Notes: generated by a model not told the origin, from the sequence alone. 64,000 nucleotides of DNA from an uncultured Gammaproteobacteria bacterium (GCA_964409875.1 CAYPEN010000002.1:1067-65066); one strand, 5' to 3'; numbered from the stretch's first letter, positions 8,378-18,248 are shown. Translations and numbers: made by a program.

Positions 8378-8905
8378 TCAGAATGTCCAGTTGAGCCGAC
8401 CGCCATGCTCCTGCAGGAGCTTGACGATGTTAGCCCGATTGGGGTTGGCTCGAGCTTGGACCTTGTTCACGACCCGGATAAGGAACTCCCGAACGACTTC
8501 TTCGTCCGAGGCCTCAGAAAGACCGGAGCCGCCAAGCGATATCCCGGCCATGAACACTCCGCCGAACCAGCCGACCGCACCGATGGGAAGTACGGCTGGA
8601 CGACGAGCCCAAACCTGCGAAAGGGTTTGCTGGAAACGGTGTGTCAGCTCCGCCTTCGCCCGGGCGTTGTTCCGGAATCGCGAAGCGAGGTCGCTGTTAC
8701 CGACCTGCTTCTCCCAGAGAAATGCGCTCTCCCATGCTTCCTGCATGAGCAAGGACGTTAAACGCTCGTATGTGAGCGTCGGATTGACGAGGGAGAGGTG
8801 GAAGCCGTCCCGCTCCTGCGCTTTCATCAGATCGCGCAGCATCGGTTCAACCTCCACGAAAGCTGCTTCGCAGTCCTCGGGTGTCAGGAAAAACGGTTTG
8901 TCCAA
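8378..8905 (-). CDS. GlcG/HbpS-like (DUF336) protein; cassette 4
   Basis: NARAKA...GWFGGVFMAGISLGGSGLSEASD resembles the A-x-x-KA...GG...G-x-SG...D signature; AGAAAGGA RBS, TTG start. Confidence 0.55.
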   Translation of the reverse strand: MDKPFFLTPEDCEAAFVEVEPMLRDLMKAQERDGFHLSLVNPTLTYERLTSLLMQEAWESAFLWEKQVGNSDLASRFRNNARAKAELTHRFQQTLSQVWARRPAVLPIGAVGWFGGVFMAGISLGGSGLSEASDEEVVREFLIRVVNKVQARANPNRANIVKLLQEHGGRLNWTF

Positions 8906-9016
8906 GATTTATCCTTTCTGTTAGTTGGGCTTGTCCGAAGGCTTCGGACACGAGCACGGCTTCCGCCGCCGGACAATTTGCCGTTGTTATCCCTCGCTAT
9001 CGCGAGGCTGGTCGAG

Positions 9017-9370
9017 TCACGCTCGTCGGCGAGCGTGGGTAGGAAGCGCGATTCTGGGATGGCGAATGTAGCATTCGCAACCCGTGTGCATATCGCGCAG
9101 CGCAAAAGCGACGTGGGCCGTATAGACGGGCCCGTCCGCCTCGGGAAGGATGATGACCGGCTCGACACTTCCGGTCTTTTCAACCTCACCGTCTCGCGGG
9201 TCGCTTTTGGCTGTCCAGGAGAGACTTACGACGAGCTCACGCCCATTAAAGCCTATCTCCCGGATTTCTCCCCACAGGTCACCGATGCGCTTTGGGCGCC
9301 GAACCTGCAGGAGCATGCCGGAAAGTTCCCGGCACGCAACGAAGTCTGCCCAGGGTATCGCAGTGAACAC
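9017..9370 (-). CDS. Hypothetical protein; cassette 4
   Basis: GTG at 9370 preceded by AGGAGG; in frame with track ORF 9017-9466. Confidence 0.55.
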   Translation of the reverse strand: MFTAIPWADFVACRELSGMLLQVRRPKRIGDLWGEIREIGFNGRELVVSLSWTAKSDPRDGEVEKTGSVEPVIILPEADGPVYTAHVAFALRDMHTGCECYIRHPRIALPTHARRRA

Positions 9371-9445
9371 ATGTCCTCCTGTTATACCCCGCCTCACAAT
9401 TTCCGTATAAGAAACTCTGAGGCAAGGTAAACAGAAAGTGTTTTT

Positions 9446-9548
9446 GCACGTTCTGTTAAAGAGCAAATCGTGAGTCCGGCATGCTGTTGCCAGACAACAA
9501 CTTACTCAGCAATTATATCAAGTGTGAAGCTAATTTCAATACTATAAG
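9446..9548 (-). promoter_or_regulatory. Cassette 4 head: promoter, consensus boxA and arm A
   Basis: TTGAAA-16-TATAAT with extended TG; TGCTCTTTAACA at 9454-9465; arm 9446-9453 is the reverse complement of 8370-8377. Confidence 0.75.
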
Positions 9549-9839
9549 TTAAAAACCGTGAAGTTAATTGCCACGCTTCAGCCTGTGTATAATTTATTAC
9601 ATAATTTTCATTGCGTTTACATAGCAGTTTGGTAATTCTGTTACATGTCTAGTCTTGATGGAGTTTATTTAGCTGAAGAACACCCCGTAGATGAGGCGTT
9701 GGGATGCATGGTTCCGATTGCTCTGGCGATAGCCGGGCTTTTATTTTTTTTAACGAAACTCATTGCTTTTTAAGTATATTTGCCTCCTATTTTCAGAAAG
9801 TTTTAAATTAAAACTTTCGCATACAATAAGTTAAGAAGA

Positions 9840-9920
9840 TTAGTGAAGCGACTGAATAGGAGCGGAACAAAAACTCTTTACCATTTTTCAGGAACTTTTT
9901 AAAAAAGTTCCGCATACAAT
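9840..9920. repeat. ~80 bp intergenic repeat with hairpin + GCATACAAT (also 11523-11606; partial copy at 9792-9827)
   Basis: TAGTGAA-CGACTG-ATAGGAGCGGA...GGAA-TTTTT...AAAA-TTCCGCATACAAT shared. Confidence 0.7.
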
Positions 9921-9933
9921 TTTGAAAAGAGGT

Positions 9934-10143
9934 TTACATCCCTTTTTGTTGAATGCCTAAAAGATAAAGAACTGCTTCTTTCTTATATCTTCTATCCCCT
10001 CGGGAGTTTATGCGGATAGCGGGTAACTTACCTCTTTTCCCCCATCTTTTAATGGTTAAGGGACTGACCCGCAATAATTCGGCAACTTCACGGACTGTTA
10101 GAAGGTCTGGGAGAGATTCGATTGATATATTTTGATTAGCCAT
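9934..10143 (-). CDS. Excisionase/MerR-like helix-turn-helix DNA-binding protein (HTH_17 type)
   Basis: LLTVREVAELLRVSPLTIKRWGKRGKLPAIRINSRGDRRY. Confidence 0.85.
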   Translation of the reverse strand: MANQNISIESLPDLLTVREVAELLRVSPLTIKRWGKRGKLPAIRINSRGDRRYKKEAVLYLLGIQQKGM

Positions 10144-10343
10144 TTTCTGCCTTAAATTAACACTATCACTATCAAATGTATATTCAGAGTAGCAAAGAAT
10201 ATCATACCTTGTCAATACCCTAAATTGACTAATTTAGTTTTGTCAAAGACTCTCTACGATATTCATGCCCTACACTATGACACAACCTGTGACAAAAATA
10301 AGAAACGCAGGAAATTTTTGAAAGATTTGAAAATTCCGAAAGT

Positions 10344-11156
10344 CTAAGAAAAACGCTCTCTTAGAACTGCATATGCAAATCTTGGCAACGCAAGTTGTCT
10401 TTTAATTCTCCACGGCTGCATTGCAAGTCGGAATGCCCACTCCATCCCCATATCTCTCATAAACTTTGGTGCTCGTCTCACTTTCCCCGATACATAATCA
10501 AAAGCACCCCCTACTCCCATAGCAACTGTTACATCGATACTATCAAGATTTTTTGCAATCCACTCCTCCTGCTTTGGCGCACCGAAGGCAACAAAAAGGA
10601 TATCTATATGGGGTCTGGTAAGGGGTGGCTCGACTGGGGGACCCCCATTGTCCACCCGCAACCCAAACGAAGCGCGTGGTGAGGATGACGAATGGGGGTG
10701 AGGAGAGACAGGACCCCAAACTTCATTCTTCCACTTTTCACCTACAAAAACTACTCTAAGCCCCGGGTACTTTTCACGCAAGCACTCCGAAGCCTTCTCT
10801 GCTACACCCCTACTACCCCCTAAAAAGCCTATGTTAATAGGACGATTTGATGCTACAGCACATATTTTTTCCATTAGATCGGTACCAGTTATTCGTCCTA
10901 TAATTTTCTTTTTGAGTATCCTACCGGCTATGAGTACACCTATCCCATCGGGAAGGCTGAGGGTAGCACCATTTAGAACGTCTTGGAACCTCTTTGAGCG
11001 TGTGCCTAACATCAAAATTTCGGGATTTGGTGTTACTATATAGAATTTTTTTGAAGGGTTTTCCAGTCTTTTGAAGATATACTCTAAGACTTCACTTTCG
11101 GAAGCTGTCGTTATATCGGTTCCTAATATTTTTACGGAAGGTAAATTTTTTCCCAT
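10344..11156 (-). CDS. WecB/TagA/CpsF family glycosyltransferase carrying an in-frame repeat insertion
   Basis: IVTPNPE, PDGIG, RITGTDL, FVAFGAPKQEEWI, GVGGAFD, RAP, EWAFRL motifs. Confidence 0.9.
   Translation of the reverse strand: MGKNLPSVKILGTDITTASESEVLEYIFKRLENPSKKFYIVTPNPEILMLGTRSKRFQDVLNGATLSLPDGIGVLIAGRILKKKIIGRITGTDLMEKICAVASNRPINIGFLGGSRGVAEKASECLREKYPGLRVVFVGEKWKNEVWGPVSPHPHSSSSPRASFGLRVDNGGPPVEPPLTRPHIDILFVAFGAPKQEEWIAKNLDSIDVTVAMGVGGAFDYVSGKVRRAPKFMRDMGMEWAFRLAMQPWRIKRQLALPRFAYAVLRERFS
10621..10718. repeat. GGGGTGGC...GACAGGACCCCA element, copy 2, inside the glycosyltransferase CDS
   Basis: Same length as, and colinear with, 6698-6795; encodes WGPVSPHPHSSSSPRASFGLRVDNGGPPVEPP. 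Confidence 0.85.
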
Positions 11157-11522
11157 ACTATACACTTTTTCGATTCTTTTCGTATGATTTTTCAAAGCTC
11201 TCTGTTGTTCATTTTTTTTACCCCTCAATTTAGCCTATGAATTCAGTCTAAGTTGCTTTTTGCACTCTCCGGTAAAGTAAAGAGCAGAACAACTCTATAA
11301 TTTATAATATATGATATATCAAAATAGTGTTTTTATCAAAAATCGTGAAAATATTTGACATATTGATAATTTTTCACATTCCTACAAGATAAAACTCACA
11401 GATTTTGAATGTCTAATATTTATTTATTAAAGGTCGCTTGCTTTCCTACTAATTTCTTACGTTTCACTCTCCTTTCTCTTATGCTTCGATTTATTTTTTT
11501 GCCATTCAACTAATACTCATTT

Positions 11523-11606
11523 TTAGTGAAACGACTGCATAGGAGCGGAGCCAAGACTCTTTTCCTATTCTCTGGAAGTTTTTGAAATAAAACTTCCGCA
11601 TACAAT
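11523..11606. repeat. Second copy of the 9840-9920 repeat
   Basis: Shared motifs and hairpin. Confidence 0.7.
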
Positions 11607-11640
11607 CAAAAAAAGAGGCTTATTTATATACTCCTCTTTA

Positions 11641-11735
11641 ATTTCCTATTGATAGATTTCTTAGCGCAGCCCAGAAATCTTCCCCTGACCTAGTATTCAT
11701 TCCTATTGATAGATTTCTTAGCGCAGCCAAGAAAA
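11641..11735. repeat. Two ~35 bp direct repeats with a REP-like hairpin that duplicate the mreB 3' end
   Basis: TTCCTATTGATAGATTTCTTAGCGCAGCC occurs twice; AGATTTCT/AGAAATCT stem. Confidence 0.75.
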
Positions 11736-11742
11736 GCATATC

Positions 11743-12762
11743 TTAATATTCATTCCTGTTGATGCTTTTCTTATACAGTTCCAAATTTTCCAATGCTACT
11801 CCCGTTCCCCGTGCAACACAGTAGAGAGGGTCTTCTGCAATATAAGCGGGCACACCGGTTTCTCGCGTTATGTATTTATCCATATTTCGAAGAAGCGTTG
11901 TTCCTCCGGAAAGAACGATACCTTTATCTATAATGTCTGAAGCCAACTCAGGCGGTGTCATTTCGAAGGTTTCACGGATTGCACCAATCATTGCCTTCAA
12001 AACAGGCTGTATTGCTTCATTTATCTCAAATTCGTTGACCTCAACAGAACGTGGAAGACCTGACACACTATCCCTTCCCTTAACTTCCATCTTTTTTGTC
12101 GAAGTTGAAGCTGGGATAGCGTTTGCCATACTGACCTTTATTTCCTCTGCCGTCTGCTCCCCCACCATAAGATTGAACTTTTTCTTAATGTACGTGCCTA
12201 TCGACTCTTCCAATTTATCCCCTGCCACCCGGATAGACTTGTGGACCACAACTCCACCTAAGGAAATGACGGCAACATCGCTCGTCCCACCCCCCGAGTC
12301 CAAAATCATATGCCCGTTAGGTTGAGCGATTGGGATTTTTGCCCCGATTGCTGCAGCCAATGGCTCTTCAATGAGGTACACGGAACGCGCACCAGCAGCC
12401 ATCGTTGCGTCTAAAACCGCTCTTTTTTCTACTTGAGTAATACCAGACGGAATGCATACCATAACCTCCGGCTTCAAAAATCGGCTCTTTCCGGATACTT
12501 TTTCGATGAAATATGAAAGCATCGCCTCCGTTATGACATAATCGGCAATAACTCCGTCTTTTAAGGGCCGTGTTGCTACAATATTGCCGGGTGTGCGACC
12601 CAACATCTCTTTTGCTTCACTTCCAACTGCTACCACCTTGTTGTCATCTGCCCTTACGGCAACAACCGTTGGCTCATTGAGAACCACACCTTTCCCCCCT
12701 AAATATACCAGTGTATTTGCTGTTCCCAAATCGATACCGATGCGTTTGTTAAATATGCTCAT
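11743..12762 (-). CDS. mreB: Rod shape-determining protein MreB
   Basis: IGIDLGTANT, RPLKDGVIAD, EEPLAAAIGA, DSGGGT, TPPELASDI motifs. Confidence 0.95.
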   Translation of the reverse strand: MSIFNKRIGIDLGTANTLVYLGGKGVVLNEPTVVAVRADDNKVVAVGSEAKEMLGRTPGNIVATRPLKDGVIADYVITEAMLSYFIEKVSGKSRFLKPEVMVCIPSGITQVEKRAVLDATMAAGARSVYLIEEPLAAAIGAKIPIAQPNGHMILDSGGGTSDVAVISLGGVVVHKSIRVAGDKLEESIGTYIKKKFNLMVGEQTAEEIKVSMANAIPASTSTKKMEVKGRDSVSGLPRSVEVNEFEINEAIQPVLKAMIGAIRETFEMTPPELASDIIDKGIVLSGGTTLLRNMDKYITRETGVPAYIAEDPLYCVARGTGVALENLELYKKSINRNEY

Positions 12763-12913
12763 TTTTTATATATCACACTATACAATTTCTGCATCATTTG
12801 CAGCTGCTATATCCAATATACCTTATTTCTCTTGAAATTAACAGTCATGCGTCACGCTTCTTCTTGCACTTGACCCAAAAAGTGTATAATGAGTAAGAAC
12901 GAAAGGAATTTCT

Positions 12914-14113
12914 ATGCCCAAAAAGACACTTTTTACTACAGTTATTGTACTTCTTCTCGTAAGTCTTGTTGCCTATGCTTTTATTCTATATGGCAAAGGC
13001 TATCGCCTCAATTTATCCGGTAAAGGAAGCAAGATACTTGCAGGTACCGGGCTTCTCGTTCTGACAAGTACGCCAAATGGGGCTCGCGTGTATCTTAATG
13101 ACAATTTCACAACCGCAACGGACGACACGATAAATTTACCGCCCGGTGACTATGACGTTCGAATAGAAAAAGACGGATATTATCCTTGGAAAAAGCATGT
13201 CGTACTCAAAAATGAGGCTGTTACAAAAACGGATGCGGTTCTTTTCCCCGTTGTTCCTAAGCTTGAAGGCGTTACTCTTCTTGGGGCAGAACAACCATTG
13301 GTAGATAAAACCGGAAGTTTTGTGGCCTATAAAGTAAGCTCTTCTTCTGCTGAGAACAACGGCATTTATATTCTTAACATCAATAGGCCTATCATTTCGT
13401 TTGGAAGCTCTTCAAAGCAGATTGCAAGTGATAAGGTTGATAATTTCTCAAAAGCAACAATGGAATTTTCCCCCGATGGACTTGCGCTTCTTGCAACAAT
13501 TCCTGCCCCTGCAGGAGACAGGATTTATCTCTTAAAAACAGATATGCTCAATACGGAACCTCAAAATGTAACATTTACTATCGAACAGGTTAAAAAACAA
13601 TGGGAACTTATGCAACAGCAGTTGGACAAGAAATTCATAACAAGCCTCCCGCAGGCAACACGTACATTCGTACAGGAAAACTTTTCAGAACCACAACTCT
13701 CTCCTGAGGGCGACAAAATTCTTTATATTGCTTCACAAAGCGCTACAATGCCCCACTTCATAAATCCTCCTCTTCCCTCAACAAACTCAACAGTTGAAAC
13801 AAGAAATCTAGTAAAAGGATATGCATACGTCTATCAAATAAAAGAAGACAAAAACTACCTTCTGTATGCTTTAAGTGATGGCGGACAATTACCTCATTTC
13901 ATATGGCACCCCTCTTCTGCGCACTTAGTGTTCATTGAGAACAAAAGGATAGTTTCGATGGAATATGACGGTGGTAATAAAACTACGCTGTATGCAGGTC
14001 CATTTGACCCCTCTTTTCTCTATACATGGCCTGATGGCTCAGGACTTATTATACTTACCAACTTTAACGATGAAACAGTACCTCCCAATTTGTACCGCGT
14101 AGGCCTCAGATAA
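12914..14113 (+). CDS. PEGA-domain membrane-anchored protein with a TolB-like propeller region
   Basis: N-terminal TM; TSTPNGARVYLN...LPPGDYDVRIEKDGYYPW PEGA pattern; FSPDG/SPEG/WPDG repeats. Confidence 0.8.
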   Translation: MPKKTLFTTVIVLLLVSLVAYAFILYGKGYRLNLSGKGSKILAGTGLLVLTSTPNGARVYLNDNFTTATDDTINLPPGDYDVRIEKDGYYPWKKHVVLKNEAVTKTDAVLFPVVPKLEGVTLLGAEQPLVDKTGSFVAYKVSSSSAENNGIYILNINRPIISFGSSSKQIASDKVDNFSKATMEFSPDGLALLATIPAPAGDRIYLLKTDMLNTEPQNVTFTIEQVKKQWELMQQQLDKKFITSLPQATRTFVQENFSEPQLSPEGDKILYIASQSATMPHFINPPLPSTNSTVETRNLVKGYAYVYQIKEDKNYLLYALSDGGQLPHFIWHPSSAHLVFIENKRIVSMEYDGGNKTTLYAGPFDPSFLYTWPDGSGLIILTNFNDETVPPNLYRVGLR

Positions 14114-14233
14114 ATTATTGCTAATAGTCAATAGTCGATAGCTAATAGTCAAAACTATTATTTCAAATTATTCATTTAACTTAATGCTTCCCACTACTAG
14201 CTTTTTGCTCTTAACTATTAGTTTTTAAGTTAA

Positions 14234-14281
14234 TCCGGGGCGCTGAGTTGTGCTCAAACGCCCCGGAAGGAACAGGTCAGT
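14234..14281 (-). terminator. Terminator hairpin plus arm A' of cassette 5
   Basis: TCCGGGGCG/CGCCCCGGA stem 14234-14267; AACAGGTCAGT 14271-14281, 1 nt from the stop at 14283. Confidence 0.75.
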
Positions 14282-14282
14282 G

Positions 14283-14699
14283 CTAGCCGTGGCCCTGAAG
14301 GAGGACCTCGTTTTGCATAGCTGCGGCAAAGGCCGGAGTCAGCTGGTCAGGACGGATGTCCACGGGTTCACCCGGATGGTGAACCTCTCCATGCAGCTGA
14401 AGATCCGAACGAAGCCTTGCAAGATCAGCCACAGGCAAACCGAGTGCCGTGGCCGTTTTGGCGTCTTGCCTCTCTCGCGCCCTGCGCTCTCGGCCGTTCA
14501 CCCAGCGGTGAAGCTGGAAGAGCAAAACCTCCGCCTCCCTGAGCTTTTCAGGCTCAAATTGGAGAAGGATTTCGCCTTCCCCGCCGGCCTGCTTGAGCTC
14601 ATCGTTCTCGACTCGGGTCCGAAAACCCTCGTCGCTGTAGATGCGAGCCAGCTGTAGGGCCAGCTCAAGGACGTCTTTGTCAGGAATAATATCAGTCAC
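14283..14699 (-). CDS. Hypothetical protein; cassette 5
   Basis: 138 aa, GTG start after AGGAAGAGG. Confidence 0.6.
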   Translation of the reverse strand: MTDIIPDKDVLELALQLARIYSDEGFRTRVENDELKQAGGEGEILLQFEPEKLREAEVLLFQLHRWVNGRERRARERQDAKTATALGLPVADLARLRSDLQLHGEVHHPGEPVDIRPDQLTPAFAAAMQNEVLLQGHG

Positions 14700-14744
14700 T
14701 CTGCCTCTTCCTTACTGGTGGAAGAACCGGAAGCCGTAGTCGGC

Positions 14745-15065
14745 TTAGTGTTCTTCCATGAGCTGCCGGTCGAGCCGGATTTGCTGCGCCACCCTTCTCT
14801 CGTGCCGTCCTTTTTCAAGAGCACAAACAGCTCCCTCAATGAAGCTCACCACGAAATAAAGGAGAAGTGCCCAAAGGGCTCCTGCCGTAACCCAGAGGAT
14901 TGCGGACGGAAACACAGCCCCACCACTGATAAAAACGCCCGATGTGGCGAGTTGTGGCAGGGTCATCCACCTGATGGTTTTCTGGCCAAGCTTGTAAGCC
15001 TGCCATACTCCCACGAGTGGCAAGGAGAGCACGAAGAGCATCTCCCAGAACGCAAGTTCGCTCAT
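14745..15065 (-). CDS. Small membrane protein; cassette 5
   Basis: Three hydrophobic segments; ATGA overlap with the upstream gene, AAGGA RBS. Confidence 0.6.
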   Translation of the reverse strand: MSELAFWEMLFVLSLPLVGVWQAYKLGQKTIRWMTLPQLATSGVFISGGAVFPSAILWVTAGALWALLLYFVVSFIEGAVCALEKGRHERRVAQQIRLDRQLMEEH

Positions 15066-15547
15066 CTTGTTGTTTCCTTTTCGAAGCTGAGGCGCTCAGC
15101 CGTTTCGGGCTGGGTGCCAACGTAGATGGTCATCTTTCCTTGGTAGGAAGGATATGTCTTGACGATGTCCTGAGCGATGGTTGCCGCTTCGGTTTTTACT
15201 TCGAGGGCGCTTTTGAAAGGCGTCACCTCATTGTGTTGATACAGAACTTCCTTGACTTGTTCATAGAACATGTCGAGGGTTTGTGGGGCCACGAACAAAG
15301 CGGGGTCTACACACGCGGTGAAAACCAACCCGGTAACGGTGACATTCTTCCCGTTCCCGCCTGTAACGGTAAAATGAGCATGTTGCAGCTCTTTTTTTAC
15401 CGGTGACAGTTTCTTGCACGACGTAAGTGGCGTGCCGACGGCGATGTACGAGGCCTTTGGAGAACTCGTACTGTGGTCTACGGAGTAGGCCAGGACGACG
15501 GCGCATAACGCCAAAATAATGATGCTGATTGAGATGCGGGGTCCCAT
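15062..15547 (-). CDS. Secreted or membrane-anchored hypothetical protein; cassette 5
   Basis: GGGAGAGG RBS before ATG 15547; N-terminal hydrophobic helix. Confidence 0.65.
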   Translation of the reverse strand: MGPRISISIIILALCAVVLAYSVDHSTSSPKASYIAVGTPLTSCKKLSPVKKELQHAHFTVTGGNGKNVTVTGLVFTACVDPALFVAPQTLDMFYEQVKEVLYQHNEVTPFKSALEVKTEAATIAQDIVKTYPSYQGKMTIYVGTQPETAERLSFEKETTR

Positions 15548-15604
15548 GTCTTCCTCTCCCTGGAAGTGTCTGGTGCAGGGCATTTCTGTCCTGCGGGTTC
15601 GGAT

Positions 15605-15730
15605 ACTGACCTGTTGTTAATGTGCGTGAGCGCAAAACGCGCGCCCAGCATGCAAAAAAACACCAGGCGGCGCAATGCGCCAAACATCAAATTATATCAA
15701 AAAACACAATCCATTTCAAATACTACGGGA
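15605..15730 (-). promoter_or_regulatory. Cassette 5 head: promoter, boxA-like site and arm A
   Basis: TTGAAA-17-TATAAT (15691-15719); CGCACATTAACA (15615-15626); arm 15605-15615 is the exact 11-nt reverse complement of 14271-14281. Confidence 0.75.
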
Positions 15731-15816
15731 TAGTATTTGAGGCTGACATATGCACTTGTAAGTTGAATAAAAATACTAAATACTAAAGGTACAACCGTTT
15801 TTAACGGCTTTATTCT

Positions 15817-16695
15817 ATGTGGGAAAAAAAGCACATTAAAAGAATTCAGGTAATTGCCATCTGCGTCATTTTTGCGTTAGTGTTATCGGTAAGACTTCAA
15901 GCAGTTACCCTTTACCCTAAATTCTCAAAAAGTGGTGACAGCGTTGTAACGGCTACTGTCGGTCAGTTTCATATTACTGTTTCAGGCTACCAGTCCCCCT
16001 ATGCCTCCATCATATTAAAAACACAAAACGGAACATTCCTCGCCTCCACAACTGCTGATGCAAAAGGGTATTTTTCTATATCAAACATACTTATTAATAG
16101 CTCAAATTTGCAGTATTGTTTTCAAGCAGTGGACTTTAAGAGGATTGGAGAATCTGATTCATGTATTACCATTACAGGAACTATTAATAAAGATTTAACG
16201 TATTCGGACATATTTCTGCCTCCGACCATAGGACTTTCCAAAAAACAAATTAATGCGGGTCAAGATGGGGTAATTTTCGGGTACTCAATGCCGGGGGCAA
16301 CTGTTTCACTCGATATTGAAGGAAAAATTGTGACGGTTACAGCCGACAGCACCGGGTATTATACCTATACATATAAAAATGTTCCTGAAGGAGTATTCCG
16401 GATTTCCGCTTCAGCAGAGCTTTCAAGCAAAAAGTCACTCGCGCCTACCAACGATGTTGTTCTTGAATCACTTTCAGTACCCCAACAGATAACGGAAACC
16501 GGCAAGAAAGTTGTTCAAAAAATTGAGAAGAAAGTTCCGTTTGATTTCTTTCCTTTCCTTCTTATCGCGCTTGCCTTCCTGGTTGCGATAGGAATTCTCC
16601 TCTATAAATTAAGGTTCAAAGTATGGGTTATATTTATTGATTTTATTAGGCGCAGAAAAAAGATGCATCATGACTGGTTCCTTGATAGATGGTAA
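15817..16695 (+). CDS. Surface protein with Ig/carboxypeptidase-regulatory-like domains and C-terminal TM
   Basis: Signal peptide, TTADAKGYF / TADSTGYY repeats, C-terminal hydrophobic helix with basic tail. Confidence 0.7.
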   Translation: MWEKKHIKRIQVIAICVIFALVLSVRLQAVTLYPKFSKSGDSVVTATVGQFHITVSGYQSPYASIILKTQNGTFLASTTADAKGYFSISNILINSSNLQYCFQAVDFKRIGESDSCITITGTINKDLTYSDIFLPPTIGLSKKQINAGQDGVIFGYSMPGATVSLDIEGKIVTVTADSTGYYTYTYKNVPEGVFRISASAELSSKKSLAPTNDVVLESLSVPQQITETGKKVVQKIEKKVPFDFFPFLLIALAFLVAIGILLYKLRFKVWVIFIDFIRRRKKMHHDWFLDRW

Positions 16696-16784
16696 TATCC
16701 GTGAAAAATCGTGAAAAATGTGATGTAGGCTCTTGACATATACATACCTTTCTGTTTCTAATAGTAATAGCATTTAGATAAAAT

Positions 16785-18248
16785 ATGCACTTATTGTATT
16801 CAATTAGCCTCAAAAAGCTAGCACTTATTAGCGGTGTTTTTGTCGTATTGTGCATATTGTCAACTCGAATAACCCATGCAGCTTCTCTTTCTTCTGCTTC
16901 CGCAACACTTACTACTTCCCGTCCCTCTGCCTCCTCCCCGGTAAGCGCAGATGCAGCATCAGGCGTGGGCCAACTCTCAATTTTTAATAACGGCTCACGG
17001 TATTTGGCTTCCGATTCAGCCCAAATTGTGAGAGGTACGGGAATTATTAGCAATAACCCGCTAAGAATCGCTTCACAATCCGCAGCACTAACAACCGTCT
17101 ATATTTCAGGAACGCTAGGAACGGCTGCAGGAGCCGGCGCTGATGTATTGTATGTTCCTATTACTGCAATGCACACGGTAGGATTCACTGCAAATACTAC
17201 CATTCCAAGCAGCGGTAAAATTGTTATTACTTATCCCGGAACATTTACAAATAGCGCTTCGCCTTCTGCTTCTACATTTGCATTCAACGGACTTACGACA
17301 GGGAATGTAAAGTCATTCCCTGCTTCTGCCTGCAATTCTGTTTCGATTTCCTCAAGCGGCGCGCCTACAATTACCTGTACGACAAACGCAGTTCAAACTG
17401 CAGGAACCAACATACAAATTTATATCGGTTGTTCTGCTGTCGGTGGCTCTGGAGGCTGCACTACACAGGTTCCGACGTTAATCAATCCGACAAAGGCAGC
17501 AACTGCTGGTACTGCTGACATATGGAAAATCGGAGTCCAAACACAAGATGCATCTTCCGTCACCCTGGATAATTCAACGGTTGCAATAGGAACGGTCGAG
17601 TCGGTAACCGTACGTGCTACTATCGACCCGAGCCTTACATTCAGTATCGCTGGCATCAATTCGGGTGTCGCAGTAAACAACGGGAATGGAGGCTGTAGTG
17701 AGTCAGAACTCACTAATAGCGGCATCAACTCTTCAGCCACAGAGGTAGGTCTTGGCGTATTGTCAATTGCCCCCGCGGTTAATACAAAACTCAATAATAT
17801 AGCAGCCCAATTGTTAACAGTAACGACAAATGGAGCCAACGGATACTCAATCACCGCAACCTCCCCTGCTTCACTTATCAATCCAAGCACAGGATTCTTC
17901 CTCAACTCCAACACTACGCCACAGCTATTCCCTGCAACCGGACATTTCTTCGGCCTGCACGCATGTGGAGTTGACGCAGACTATTTGAGCACTAAATGGA
18001 CATCAACTACCAGTGACACTAACTGTAACTCGTATATAACAGGCTCTGCAGGAAATGTATGTAAGTATGGATGGCCGACTGCAACAACGCCCTTTGTTAT
18101 CGCACAAGACACCTCAGGTCCTATCGGGAACGGAGTACCTACAGGAAACGGGTTAACGTCAATATCATACGCCGCGACACAGGATGTGACGCTGCCACCT
18201 GGACAATATCAGACGGTTATAACGTACGTTGCGACACCGTCGTTCTAA
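16785..18248 (+). CDS. Secreted Ser/Thr-rich protein with WxL-like C-terminal domain (paralog 1)
   Basis: Signal peptide; VTVRATIDPSLTFSI, TNGANGYSIT, C-terminal GQYQTVITYVATPSF. Confidence 0.7.
   Translation: MHLLYSISLKKLALISGVFVVLCILSTRITHAASLSSASATLTTSRPSASSPVSADAASGVGQLSIFNNGSRYLASDSAQIVRGTGIISNNPLRIASQSAALTTVYISGTLGTAAGAGADVLYVPITAMHTVGFTANTTIPSSGKIVITYPGTFTNSASPSASTFAFNGLTTGNVKSFPASACNSVSISSSGAPTITCTTNAVQTAGTNIQIYIGCSAVGGSGGCTTQVPTLINPTKAATAGTADIWKIGVQTQDASSVTLDNSTVAIGTVESVTVRATIDPSLTFSIAGINSGVAVNNGNGGCSESELTNSGINSSATEVGLGVLSIAPAVNTKLNNIAAQLLTVTTNGANGYSITATSPASLINPSTGFFLNSNTTPQLFPATGHFFGLHACGVDADYLSTKWTSTTSDTNCNSYITGSAGNVCKYGWPTATTPFVIAQDTSGPIGNGVPTGNGLTSISYAATQDVTLPPGQYQTVITYVATPSF

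Noticed and set aside
11641-11735. Possible mini CRISPR array
   Set aside because: Only two repeats, overlapping mreB-like tail sequence, with no cas genes or leader.
1418-15730. Cassette arms read as transposon terminal inverted repeats or integron attC sites
   Set aside because: Arm sequences differ between cassettes. Promoter and terminator lie outside the arms. No transposase, integron integrase or target duplication is visible, and the YYYAAC-containing boxA is upstream of the genes, not after stops as in attC.
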